This document shows positions 8,062 through 16,667 of a stretch of 37,099 nucleotides of DNA, in pieces. Location: IMG/VR virus record IMGVR_UViG_3300030095_001031, positions 1 to 37,099 of that record. One strand, 5' to 3'. The notes below the pieces were generated by a model that ran no database searches, was not told the origin of the DNA, and saw only the letters and a list, made by a program, of their open reading frames with translations. The translations under genes and the position numbers were made by a program. How positions within the stretch are numbered: position 1 is the first letter of the stretch; every line of letters starts with the position of its first letter. The DNA comes from a virus. Its lineage: Duplodnaviria > Caudoviricetes.

Positions 8062-8949
8062 TTAGATTGTTCCGTAACTTCCTTTCATATAGAACATTGA
8101 GCTTGGTCTGTTCATATATGATATCAGCTTACTGTTTCTTTCGACAGTAGTTTTGTGTTTGTTTTTTACGTCTTGTGGGTGAGATATCCAATCAGTTACT
8201 GCATTGTATAAACCCCACTTGTTACAACCAATATCTTTTTGATATCTTGCCCAAGTATCCATGAGAGTTTGGAATTGTCTTTCATTACGATACCTGCCAT
8301 CAACTGTTGGTCTTGGCGTGTAAGTAAGTTTGTTGAACATTTCATTTGCGTCATGGTGTGTAACTGGTGTGTTATACCATGCACGATAGCGTTGCTCATT
8401 ACCTTGAAACTCTTGAATTAAATGTTCAATATGATTAAAGTTGTAATAAAATTTACCATTATGTTTTTGTGTATAGTTGGCAATTTTATCAGGTGTTGTG
8501 CAACCATTCTTGCACCAGTATCGTAATCCATCTGCTGTAATCATAACAGACCATACACCATTGTATGAGTTGCGAACTGTAATACGAAATGCAATGTAAC
8601 TATTGAGTTGTGGGTCTTGTATCGTAATATCTTTACAAGTAAATGTAGCTTTTAGCATTGAGCCATTCTGCATGACTCTTATGTCTGGCACAAAGTCTGT
8701 TGATACTTTTTGCATCATCTCATAAATAGGATAAACAATAGCTTTGTGTTCGACTGGTCTGTATGCAGTTGAATGATTGCCAAGATATTCCATTGTATCT
8801 GTTCTGACTATCATCATACGATCATGACACTTAACTAGTTTTGTTTCGCAGTCATCATCATATGTACCTGCCATTGATATAGTATCAATCGGAAAGTCGT
8901 AGTCACCGAGATATGGTTTCATGTTTTTGATTTGTGTTATGTGATTCAT
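8062..8949 (-). CDS. DUF932-like protein
   Basis: IVRTDT..YLG.HS..Y.PV.H, NSYNG, RYWCKNG, NKWGLYNAVTDWISH motifs. Confidence 0.75.
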   Translation of the reverse strand: MNHITQIKNMKPYLGDYDFPIDTISMAGTYDDDCETKLVKCHDRMMIVRTDTMEYLGNHSTAYRPVEHKAIVYPIYEMMQKVSTDFVPDIRVMQNGSMLKATFTCKDITIQDPQLNSYIAFRITVRNSYNGVWSVMITADGLRYWCKNGCTTPDKIANYTQKHNGKFYYNFNHIEHLIQEFQGNEQRYRAWYNTPVTHHDANEMFNKLTYTPRPTVDGRYRNERQFQTLMDTWARYQKDIGCNKWGLYNAVTDWISHPQDVKNKHKTTVERNSKLISYMNRPSSMFYMKGSYGTI

Positions 8950-9122
8950 TTCTTTCTCCTTTCACATATGTTGGTTACTCCATATATTGCAGTACATAGA
9001 CCACAAGTATAACTTAATATAAATAGGTACAGCCATTCATCTCCACCTGAATACTCATAGCAAAACATGAGTGATAACATTACAGTTATTGTACCTACAA
9101 TAATACACATTACATTTATCAT
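8946..9122 (-). CDS. 58-aa two-TM membrane mini-protein (not in ORF track)
   Basis: GAGG RBS; MINVMCIIVGTITVMLSLMFCYEYSGGDEWLYLFILSYTCGLCTAIYGVTNICERRKK; ATGA overlap with the next gene. Confidence 0.7.
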   Translation of the reverse strand: MINVMCIIVGTITVMLSLMFCYEYSGGDEWLYLFILSYTCGLCTAIYGVTNICERRKK

Positions 9123-9139
9123 TTGATTACCTCACTTTC

Positions 9140-9167
9140 ATTTTACAATTTGAAATAATGAATGCAA
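9140..9167 (-). promoter_or_regulatory. Candidate sigma70 promoter for the main early operon
   Basis: Minus strand TTGCAT-16 nt-TAAAAT; lies very close to the RBS. Confidence 0.4.
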
Positions 9168-9322
9168 TTTTGTTTGATTTACTATTACTAACTTGAATTG
9201 CAATGCACCCATTTTGTTACCATAAGAAATTCAATATTAGAATAGATAAAGATGTTAATATAGAAGTGTTAGTTTGCTTCGTTTTTAAAATGAAGTCGGT
9301 TTGTTTCTTTGGCGAGTCAAAG

Positions 9323-9359
9323 AAAAAAATAACCTCTGCTAAATTAATAACAGAGGTTA
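9323..9359 (-). terminator. Rho-independent terminator after 9370..9879
   Basis: Minus strand TAACCTCTGTTA-ttaatt-TAGCAGAGGTTA followed by T7. Confidence 0.8.
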
Positions 9360-9369
9360 GATATTTATA

Positions 9370-9879
9370 TTATGCTTTGGCTCTGTTCATCATAGCGTTT
9401 CTTGTATCTGCATGGTTTGTGTTTGTTTTTGTTTCGCCACTTGCATAATCTTTGTAATCTGCGAACCATTTTTGACCAAAATCTTGGGTAGATTTTCCTT
9501 TGTTCCAAGTTCTATCGCAAGCAACGTTGAAAACATTTTGAAATAAATCAAAGATAAATTTACCATTATTGTAAGATGCTTCAGCTTTTACGACTTTATC
9601 TGATTTTCCTGCGTCTGGATTATATTTGTTGTTTTCTTCTTCCATGTTTTTTTCGTCTTGAATGTCATCTAAATACTTTTTCTTAGATTTTAATGACCAC
9701 GCTATTTGTCCAAGTATTCCACCATAGAAATAACAAGCGTCTTTGTTGTAGTATGGATTGTTTTCACCACTACTTCTTTTAGCTGAACTAGGTGCGTCAA
9801 ACTGTTCTATATCTAGGTGTTCAATTATTGATTGTGTTAGATTAATTATTAAATCTTGTGTGTTTTTTTTCTTAGTCAT
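9370..9879 (-). CDS. Hypothetical protein; first, monocistronic early gene
   Basis: AAGGAG RBS at 9887-9892; own terminator; 169-aa ORF. Confidence 0.8.
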   Translation of the reverse strand: MTKKKNTQDLIINLTQSIIEHLDIEQFDAPSSAKRSSGENNPYYNKDACYFYGGILGQIAWSLKSKKKYLDDIQDEKNMEEENNKYNPDAGKSDKVVKAEASYNNGKFIFDLFQNVFNVACDRTWNKGKSTQDFGQKWFADYKDYASGETKTNTNHADTRNAMMNRAKA

Positions 9880-10194
9880 CTTAGTTCTCCTTATGTTGTT
9901 ATATTTTTAAGATGCTTGCACTTTGAAACATGGCTAGGCAGAGTGTCCAATCTAAATGGGTGTTAGACAAGCACAGAGTACAGAGCATACAACATTTCAG
10001 CAGTACAGATGTTTACATCAGCATTGCTTTGTACGACAATGCTTGGGTTATCCACTTCCCATTTAGATTTGAAATACACACACAATTCTTGCAACCTTAC
10101 TGAAACCACACTCTGAATAGTTATGTTACAAAGCTTGTCTTAAAAATATGACAACATTAGGTGAGCTTGGCTAAGTAAAAAAATACTCAAGATT
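9852..10194 (+). other. ~340-nt nested fold-back (structured RNA or ssDNA element)
   Basis: Eight nested helices; 8 G-T pairs on the + strand and no A-C oppositions within the helices. Confidence 0.85.
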
Positions 10195-10236
10195 GGGTTG
10201 AGGGGGTTGTGTTTTTATGTGTGAATATAAATACCC

Positions 10237-10266
10237 TTGACAAGGTTTTGGAAAGTGTTTTAAAAA
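10237..10266 (+). promoter_or_regulatory. Candidate promoter upstream of terS
   Basis: Perfect TTGACA, 18 nt spacer, weak -10 TAAAAA. Confidence 0.4.
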
Positions 10267-10288
10267 GAGGGGGTAAGGGGGTGTTATC

Positions 10289-10660
10289 GTGTTGGATAAG
10301 ATAAGAATGACTAAACGACAAAGGCTGTTAGTTGATACATATGTAGCAACTGGCTGTACGATTAAAGAAGCAAGTATTGTTGCAGGCTATTCTGTAGGTG
10401 ATGCAGGTAGAGTGACAGCCAGTAAGACTTTGAGGTTGCCACATATACAAGAGTATATGCAACAAAGGATTAGAGAAACAATTGGATTGAATGCTACGAA
10501 AGCTTCTCATAAGATGTTAATGCTAAGTACCTCAGCTAAAAGTGAGTATGTTCAACTTGAAGCCAGTAAAGATATACTAGACAGAGCAGGATACAAACCA
10601 GTAGAGAAGAGCATGAGCTTAGTTAGTGGCAACATACAAGTAAGTATAGATTTGACATGA
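10289..10660 (+). CDS. terS: Terminase small subunit
   Basis: TKRQRLLVDTYV...ASIVAGYS...ASKTLRLPHIQEY HTH, QLEASKDILDRAG; first late gene (start may be ATG 10307). Confidence 0.8.
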   Translation: MLDKIRMTKRQRLLVDTYVATGCTIKEASIVAGYSVGDAGRVTASKTLRLPHIQEYMQQRIRETIGLNATKASHKMLMLSTSAKSEYVQLEASKDILDRAGYKPVEKSMSLVSGNIQVSIDLT

Positions 10661-10780
10661 GTGTACTTTTAGGATTATGCTTAACGAATAAGGGCAAGGT
10701 GATGGGGGTAGGGTCAAAAAACTGTGCTACTCCACGACAACAACGTCCCTTACAAACAATAATATTCAAAAAGGCTCGTA

Positions 10781-11092
10781 ATGGCTAAGACACCTGCATG
10801 GACACGCAAAGAAGGCAAGAATCCTAAAGGTGGTTTAAATGCTAAGGGTCGTGCCTCATATAAAGGTGGCACATTAAAAGCACCAGTCAAATCAGGAGAC
10901 AATCCTAGACGTGCAAGTTTTCTTGCTCGAATGGGAAACATGAAAGGACCAGAGAGAGATGCTAAAGGAAAACCTACAAGATTATTATTATCGCTTCGTG
11001 CATGGGGTGCTTCGTCTAAAGCCGATGCTCGTGCAAAAGCTAGAGCAATTAGTAAAAGAAATAAAGCGAAGAAGTCTAAGAAAAAAAATTAA
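10781..11092 (+). CDS. Basic phage protein (DUF6321-like)
   Basis: AWTRKEGKNPKGGLNAKGRASY...RRASFLARM...LSLRAW. Confidence 0.75.
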   Translation: MAKTPAWTRKEGKNPKGGLNAKGRASYKGGTLKAPVKSGDNPRRASFLARMGNMKGPERDAKGKPTRLLLSLRAWGASSKADARAKARAISKRNKAKKSKKKN

Positions 11093-11114
11093 TCAACTAG
11101 AAAAGGAGAAAGCT

Positions 11115-11246
11115 ATGCCAATGGGTAAAGGAACATACGGAAGTCAGAGAGGTAGACCTGCTAAAAAATCTACTCTTACTGGAAAGCAGAAGACGCTTCC
11201 TGCAAGTCTGAAGAAAAAAATTATGGCTTCTAAAAAGAAAAAGTAA
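11115..11246 (+). CDS. 43-aa Lys-rich mini-protein
   Basis: AAGGAG RBS before ATG 11115; MPMGKGTYGSQRGRPAKK...MASKKKK. Confidence 0.75.
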   Translation: MPMGKGTYGSQRGRPAKKSTLTGKQKTLPASLKKKIMASKKKK

Positions 11247-11410
11247 TGGCAGTTAATGCAGCAGGAAATTATACCAAACCTGCCATGCGACGTGCTTTGT
11301 TTAATAGGATAAAAGCGAGTAATAAAGGTGGCAGGTCAGGTCAGTGGTCAGCAAGAAAAGCACAGATGTTGGCTAAACAATATAAAACTAAAGGTGGTGG
11401 GTATAGGTAA
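11246..11410 (+). CDS. 54-aa basic protein resembling the N-terminal half of DUF5872 (not in ORF track)
   Basis: NYTKPAMRRALFNRIKASNKGGRSGQWSARKAQMLAKQYKTKGGGYR; TAATG coupling at both ends. Confidence 0.8.
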   Translation: MAVNAAGNYTKPAMRRALFNRIKASNKGGRSGQWSARKAQMLAKQYKTKGGGYR

Positions 11411-11670
11411 TGGCACTTGCAAAGTCACAAAGGTCGCTTCGTGCATGGACTAAACAAAAGTGGAAAACCAAATCAGGTAAACCTAGTACTCAAGGACCAA
11501 ACGCTACTGGTGAACGTTATCTACCTGAAAAGGCAATTAAGGCTCTTTCTTCCAGTGAATACGCCAAGACTTCGGCTGCTAAACGCAGAGCGATTAGAAA
11601 AGGAAAACAAGTATCTAAACAGCCAAAGACGATTGCTAAGAAAACGAAAAGCTATAGAAAGTTCTCTTAG
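11410..11670 (+). CDS. Basic protein resembling the C-terminal half of DUF5872
   Basis: SQRSLRAWTKQKWKTKSGK...TGERYLPEKAIKALS. Confidence 0.8.
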   Translation: MALAKSQRSLRAWTKQKWKTKSGKPSTQGPNATGERYLPEKAIKALSSSEYAKTSAAKRRAIRKGKQVSKQPKTIAKKTKSYRKFS

Positions 11671-11865
11671 ATGAGTTTTTTGCATATACTCAAACCTGAA
11701 GAAAGAAGAATACTAAGACAAGTTGTCAAAAATGTTCATCTCAAACATCACCCTGAAGAATTTTGTACAGACCTTGAAGCTGATAAAGTTATTGCTGTTA
11801 TTGGTCCTGAGACAGTAGATAAATTATTAAGGATCGGAAAGAACACAAAGATTGATACAATTTAA
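11671..11865 (+). CDS. Hypothetical protein
   Basis: Abuts the upstream stop and overlaps the terL start. Confidence 0.65.
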   Translation: MSFLHILKPEERRILRQVVKNVHLKHHPEEFCTDLEADKVIAVIGPETVDKLLRIGKNTKIDTI

Positions 11866-13372
11866 ATACAAACCTGATGGACAAGTCCTTAAAGACTTTA
11901 TGAAAGACAATACTTTTTTTCGTGGCATCAGAGGTCCAGTTGGTAGTGGCAAGTCCGTTGCTTGTAGTATAGAAATTTTTAGAAGAGGATTAATGCAAGA
12001 ACCTGATAAGTCAGGTAAAAGAAAAAGCAGATGGGCAGTTATTAGAAACACCAACCCACAACTAAGAACAACAACAATAAAGACGTGGCTTGATTGGTTT
12101 CCTGAACAAGACTGGGGTAAGTTTGCTTGGTCAGTTCCCTATACTCATATGATTACAGCAGGTGACTTGGAGATGGAAGTTATTTTTCTTGCACTTGATA
12201 GACCTGAAGACGTTAAGAAGTTATTATCTTTGGAACTTACTGGGGTGTGGGTCAACGAAGCAAGGGAGATACCCAAGTCAATTATAGATGCGTGTACTAT
12301 GAGAGTTGGAAGATATCCGTCTGTCAAAGATGGTGGTGCATCTTGGTCAGGTGTTATCTGTGATACCAATAGTCCTGAAGAAGATCATTGGTGGTCTATT
12401 ATGAGTGGCGAAGTTCCAGTGCCTGATCATATTTCTTTGGAAGAAAGTCGTATGCTTGTAAAGCCTGATAACTGGCAGTTCTTTACACAGCCAAGTGGAA
12501 TGATAGAAGAGAAAGATGAAGATGGTTCTGTTACTGGTTACAAACTAAATAAGAAAGCAGAGAACGCAAAAAATATATTGGCAACCTATTATACAAATCT
12601 TGTTCAAGGTAAAACAAAGTCTTGGATAGATGTTTATGTTATGAATAGGCTTGGCTCAATACAAGATGGTAAGCCAGTTTATAATATGTTTGTATCTGAA
12701 ACTCATGTATCGAAAGAAGAAATACCGATAGCTGATGGCATACCCCTTTATATTGGATTGGATTTTGGTCTTACACCTGCTGCTGTTTTTGGTCAAAAGG
12801 TTCGTGGTCGTTGGGTTATACTGCAAGAACTTGTGGCTTTTGATATGGGTATTGTAAGATTTGCAGAACTATTAAGAAGTGAAATAGCAACACGATATGG
12901 CAACCTTGATATAAATATTTATGGTGATCCATCAGGTGACTTCAGGGCACAGACTGATGAAAGTACACCTTTTCAGGTTTTAAGAGGTGCAGGATTAATG
13001 GCAAGACCTACAACAAGTAATGATGTATCACTTAGAATAGAATCTGTTTCATCTGTTTTAAATCGAATGGTAGATGGTCAATCAGGAATTTTAATTGACT
13101 TTAGGTGCAAAGAACTGATAAAAGGGTTTGAAGGGGGTTATCAATATAGAAGACTCCAAGTGTCAGGAGAACGCTATGAGGATAAACCTTTGAAGGATAG
13201 GTACTCGCATATCCATGATGCTATGCAATATCTTATGTTAGGTGCAGGAGAAGGCAGACAAGTATTAGGAATGACTAGACCTATTCAAACATTTAATGCT
13301 AGGGTTGATTATGATGTATTTCAAAGGCAACCTAAAAAACCTCGAAGGCAAGGTCTTTGGGCAAGATTATAA
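11852..13372 (+). CDS. terL: Terminase large subunit
   Basis: Walker A GPVGSGKS, Walker B VWVNEARE, DTNSP, nuclease motifs IGLDFG and HIHDAMQY. Confidence 0.95.
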   Translation: MIQFKYKPDGQVLKDFMKDNTFFRGIRGPVGSGKSVACSIEIFRRGLMQEPDKSGKRKSRWAVIRNTNPQLRTTTIKTWLDWFPEQDWGKFAWSVPYTHMITAGDLEMEVIFLALDRPEDVKKLLSLELTGVWVNEAREIPKSIIDACTMRVGRYPSVKDGGASWSGVICDTNSPEEDHWWSIMSGEVPVPDHISLEESRMLVKPDNWQFFTQPSGMIEEKDEDGSVTGYKLNKKAENAKNILATYYTNLVQGKTKSWIDVYVMNRLGSIQDGKPVYNMFVSETHVSKEEIPIADGIPLYIGLDFGLTPAAVFGQKVRGRWVILQELVAFDMGIVRFAELLRSEIATRYGNLDINIYGDPSGDFRAQTDESTPFQVLRGAGLMARPTTSNDVSLRIESVSSVLNRMVDGQSGILIDFRCKELIKGFEGGYQYRRLQVSGERYEDKPLKDRYSHIHDAMQYLMLGAGEGRQVLGMTRPIQTFNARVDYDVFQRQPKKPRRQGLWARL

Positions 13373-13383
13373 AGGAGTAAGAT

Positions 13384-13614
13384 ATGTGTTTACCTAGTGG
13401 TGGTTCATCAAGTCCTCCCCCTCCAACAGCCGAAGAAAAAGAAGCTGAGATGGAAAGAGAGAGTGCTAAAGAACGAGAAACTGCAACAAGACGAGAAGCA
13501 AGACAAGATGTTCTTGAAGAGAATATAGCCAACATTAGAAGAGGTAGTGGCAGGAGATCGTTACTTCGTGGTGGTGGTGGTGGTATTGGTTTTTACAATA
13601 GGTACAATTTATAA
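13384..13614 (+). CDS. Small pre-portal virion protein
   Basis: MC...PPPP...GRRSLL pattern usual just before podovirus portal genes; AAGGAG RBS. Confidence 0.7.
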   Translation: MCLPSGGSSSPPPPTAEEKEAEMERESAKERETATRREARQDVLEENIANIRRGSGRRSLLRGGGGGIGFYNRYNL

Positions 13615-15158
13615 TGCACGAAAAATCTGCTGAACTTTTATTACAACGCTATGAAAAATCTCTTTCTGTAAGACGAGAGTTTGAAGAGTTGTATGATGAA
13701 ATATTTGAATATTGCCTACCACAAAGACAAGGATTTAAAAATTATTCAGCAGGTCAAAGACGAGATGACAAAATATTTGATGAAACTGCTGTGGTTGGTA
13801 TACAAGAGTTTGCATCAAGATTGCAGTCAGGTCTAACACCAAACTTTGCAAGATGGGCAGACTTTGTTACTGGTCAAGAAGTTCCTGAAGAAGAAAGAGA
13901 TGATGTAAATAATGCACTTGATGAGGTGACGGATTATGTCTTTGAAGTTCTGCAAACATCAAACTTTGCACAAGAAATCCATGAGTGTTTTATTGATTTG
14001 GCTTTGGGTACTGCTGTTCTTTGTATCATGGAAGGTGATGCTGTTAATCCTATTCGCTTTCAATCTATACCTTTACCTCATGTTGTTTTAGATACTGGAC
14101 CTGATGGCAAGGTCGATCATGTGTATAGAGAACGCATGATTAAGAATGAAGATATTATGATTGCTTTTCCTAATGCTATTTTATCTGAAAACATTGCACA
14201 GAGAATACAGAATAATCCTGAATCAAAAACAAAGATACTCGAAGTATCATGCCGATTATATGATGATCAGAATGTTGAAAAATATGGATATTATATTATA
14301 GATGTAGCCGACAAGGTAATGATAATGTCTGAAACGTATGAAGGTGTAGGATCAAATCCATTCATAGCATTTAGATGGAGTAAAGCCTCAGGTGAAATTT
14401 ACGGAAGAGGTCCTGCAATCAATGCCTTGAGTGCAATCAAAACGTGTAACCTTACAATAGAATTAATATTAGAAAATGCTCAAATGGCAATCTCTGGCAT
14501 CTATCAGATAGATGATGATGGTGTTATTAATGTTGATACTATTAACCTTGTCCCTGGAACTGTTATTCCAAAAGCACCAACCAGTGCAGGTTTGCAACCG
14601 ATAAGATCAGCAGGTTCATTTGATGTTGCTAATCTTGTTTTAAATGATATGAGAAATAATATTAAGAGAGCATTGTATAATGATATGTTAGGTGATCCCA
14701 ATAAAACACCTGCATCTGCAACAGAGGTAGCAGAAAGAATGGCTGACTTATCAAGAAAGATTGGTTCAGCTTTTGGTCGATTACAAGCAGAAATGGTTCA
14801 ACCAGTTCTGCAAAGAGTTATATATATTTTAAAGAAACAAGGTCGTATAGATATGCCAGTTGTTAACGGAAGAGAGGTAAAAATACGAAGTGTTTCACCA
14901 CTAGCACAAGCACAATCTAATCAGGATATTGTATCACTGAATAGATTTTTGCAAACTGTGGCAGGTTCGTTTGGACCTGAGGTGCTTAACATTTTAATTT
15001 CTTCTGAAGAAACTGCTGTGTATTTGGCTAAGAAATTTGGTGTGCCTGATAAACTAATAAGAGATGCTGATGAACGACAGCAACTTGTACAGATGGCACA
15101 ACAGATGCAAATGCAACAACAACAAGGAGTGATGCAAAATGACGGACAAGCAACCTAA
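13614..15158 (+). CDS. Portal / head-tail connector (T7 gp8-like)
   Basis: FASRLQSGLTP, DLALGTA, FRWSKASGEIYGRGP, SATEVAER, SPLAQAQ; 514 aa. Confidence 0.95.
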   Translation: MHEKSAELLLQRYEKSLSVRREFEELYDEIFEYCLPQRQGFKNYSAGQRRDDKIFDETAVVGIQEFASRLQSGLTPNFARWADFVTGQEVPEEERDDVNNALDEVTDYVFEVLQTSNFAQEIHECFIDLALGTAVLCIMEGDAVNPIRFQSIPLPHVVLDTGPDGKVDHVYRERMIKNEDIMIAFPNAILSENIAQRIQNNPESKTKILEVSCRLYDDQNVEKYGYYIIDVADKVMIMSETYEGVGSNPFIAFRWSKASGEIYGRGPAINALSAIKTCNLTIELILENAQMAISGIYQIDDDGVINVDTINLVPGTVIPKAPTSAGLQPIRSAGSFDVANLVLNDMRNNIKRALYNDMLGDPNKTPASATEVAERMADLSRKIGSAFGRLQAEMVQPVLQRVIYILKKQGRIDMPVVNGREVKIRSVSPLAQAQSNQDIVSLNRFLQTVAGSFGPEVLNILISSEETAVYLAKKFGVPDKLIRDADERQQLVQMAQQMQMQQQQGVMQNDGQAT

Positions 15159-15411
15159 TCTTGGGATAGATGGCTATCCTCGAAAAAAACAAGATGATCA
15201 AAAGATATCACAAAATGTATTGGCTTTATTTAATACACCAAACGGACAAGAGGTTTTAAAGTATTTACGTTCTATTACAGTTGACGTTATTAGTGGTGCT
15301 AATATATCTGATAATGAGCTTAGACATTTAGAAGGACAAAGATATTTAATAGCTTTAATAATAAGACGAATGAATCATGCAACAACATTAAAGAGCAAAA
15401 CAAATGAATGA
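15139..15411 (+). CDS. Conserved small protein between portal and scaffold (BPP-1 Bbp19-like)
   Basis: FNTPNGQEVLKYL...LRHLEGQR. Confidence 0.75.
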   Translation: MTDKQPNLGIDGYPRKKQDDQKISQNVLALFNTPNGQEVLKYLRSITVDVISGANISDNELRHLEGQRYLIALIIRRMNHATTLKSKTNE

Positions 15412-16162
15412 AGTAACAGAAAATAATCAAGAAACAGTAAGTACAGAATCTGCCACTGAAGACGCAACTACGCATAACGTGGACTCTTCCTCCAACTCAG
15501 TGGCAGATACCACTGCAAGACCTGAGTGGTTACTGGAAAAGTTTGCAACTCCAGAGGATATGGCAAAGGCTTATAGCGAAATTGAAGCTTGGAAAGGCAA
15601 AAAAGAAGAAGATATTAGATCAGCAATGCAGGAAGAAATAGAAAAAGAAGCCTACGCTGATAGACCTGCATCAGCAGGGGAGTATCAAATACCTGAGTCG
15701 CTTGATGAATCTGAAGCTGCAACAAATCCATTACTTAAAGAATGGGCAGAGTTTGCTTGGGAGAATGGGTATTCACAAGATGAGTTTTCATATTGGGTTA
15801 ATAAGTTTGCAGGATATATGCATGAACAAGATACTGATGTTGAAGCCGTGAAGACTGCATTAGGTGATAATGCTAATGCTAGAGTAGAAGCCGTACAGTT
15901 ATTTATGAATAAGTTTTTTCCTGAAGAAACACATGATGCTGTAGCACAGCTTGGCACATCTGCTGAAGGTATCAAAGCTTTAGAGCATATACAAAAAGCA
16001 TTGTCAGGTACAAATCCATTGCAAGATGTATCTTCACCAAGTAAATTATCACAAGACGATATAATGGCAAAGATGCGTGATCCAAGATATTTTGACCCTG
16101 CTCGAAGAGATAAAGCTTATGTTCAAGAAGTAAATGACAGTTTCAAAAAACTTTATGGGTGA
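15404..16162 (+). CDS. Capsid scaffolding/assembly protein
   Basis: Acidic; RPEWLLEKF...MAKAYSEIE; C-terminal MRDPRY...RDKAYVQEV. Confidence 0.85.
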   Translation: MNEVTENNQETVSTESATEDATTHNVDSSSNSVADTTARPEWLLEKFATPEDMAKAYSEIEAWKGKKEEDIRSAMQEEIEKEAYADRPASAGEYQIPESLDESEAATNPLLKEWAEFAWENGYSQDEFSYWVNKFAGYMHEQDTDVEAVKTALGDNANARVEAVQLFMNKFFPEETHDAVAQLGTSAEGIKALEHIQKALSGTNPLQDVSSPSKLSQDDIMAKMRDPRYFDPARRDKAYVQEVNDSFKKLYG

Positions 16163-16667
16163 AGGCATTTATGATGGGTATCCCATTGTAAAAGCTAATA
16201 CGGATCATATACATCATCTTCAAAATAATTTAAGAGATGCTGATGTAAGGGAATGTATTATACATGGCTCTACTCCTTTTCGTGCTTTAATGAGTGGCAT
16301 AAGAGAAAAGAAAGCTGAAACATATACTGTTTTAATTGATAAAAATCCTGCAATTATGTTTGGGGTATCTCCTATTGCAGAACATTTAGTTGGTCGTATA
16401 TGGCTTTTAGGTTCGTATGAACTTGAAAATCATAGTTGGAAATTTCTCAAATGGAGTAGAAAAGTCGTTGATTACTTTCAAAATCAATATTATCAGCTAG
16501 AAAATGTTGTCCCTGCTGATCATATTAAAACGCTTCAATGGCTTGGTTTCCTTGGGTTTGAGATATTAAATGAGCCTTTACAAGTGAATGGATTTGAAGT
16601 TTTAAGATTTGTACGTTGCAAAGGTGAGAAAATTTTGGTAAATAGTAAAGAACAGCCCTGTTACTAG
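16134..16667 (+). CDS. GNAT-fold protein, T7 gp13 (DUF2833)-like
   Basis: NLRDADVREC, AIMFGV, GRIWLLGS, LENVV...LQWLGFLGF; alternative start at 16155. Confidence 0.75.
   Translation: MTVSKNFMGEGIYDGYPIVKANTDHIHHLQNNLRDADVRECIIHGSTPFRALMSGIREKKAETYTVLIDKNPAIMFGVSPIAEHLVGRIWLLGSYELENHSWKFLKWSRKVVDYFQNQYYQLENVVPADHIKTLQWLGFLGFEILNEPLQVNGFEVLRFVRCKGEKILVNSKEQPCY

Noticed and set aside
9852-10194. Fold-back as a retron msr-msd, hammerhead ribozyme, tRNA or transposon end
   Set aside because: No RT or transposase nearby, no CUGANGA core in a suitable junction, and no cloverleaf or T-loop motif seen.
10959-11114. N-terminal extension of ORF 10959..11246
   Set aside because: Overlaps the 10781..11092 gene; the clear AAGGAG RBS points to ATG 11115.
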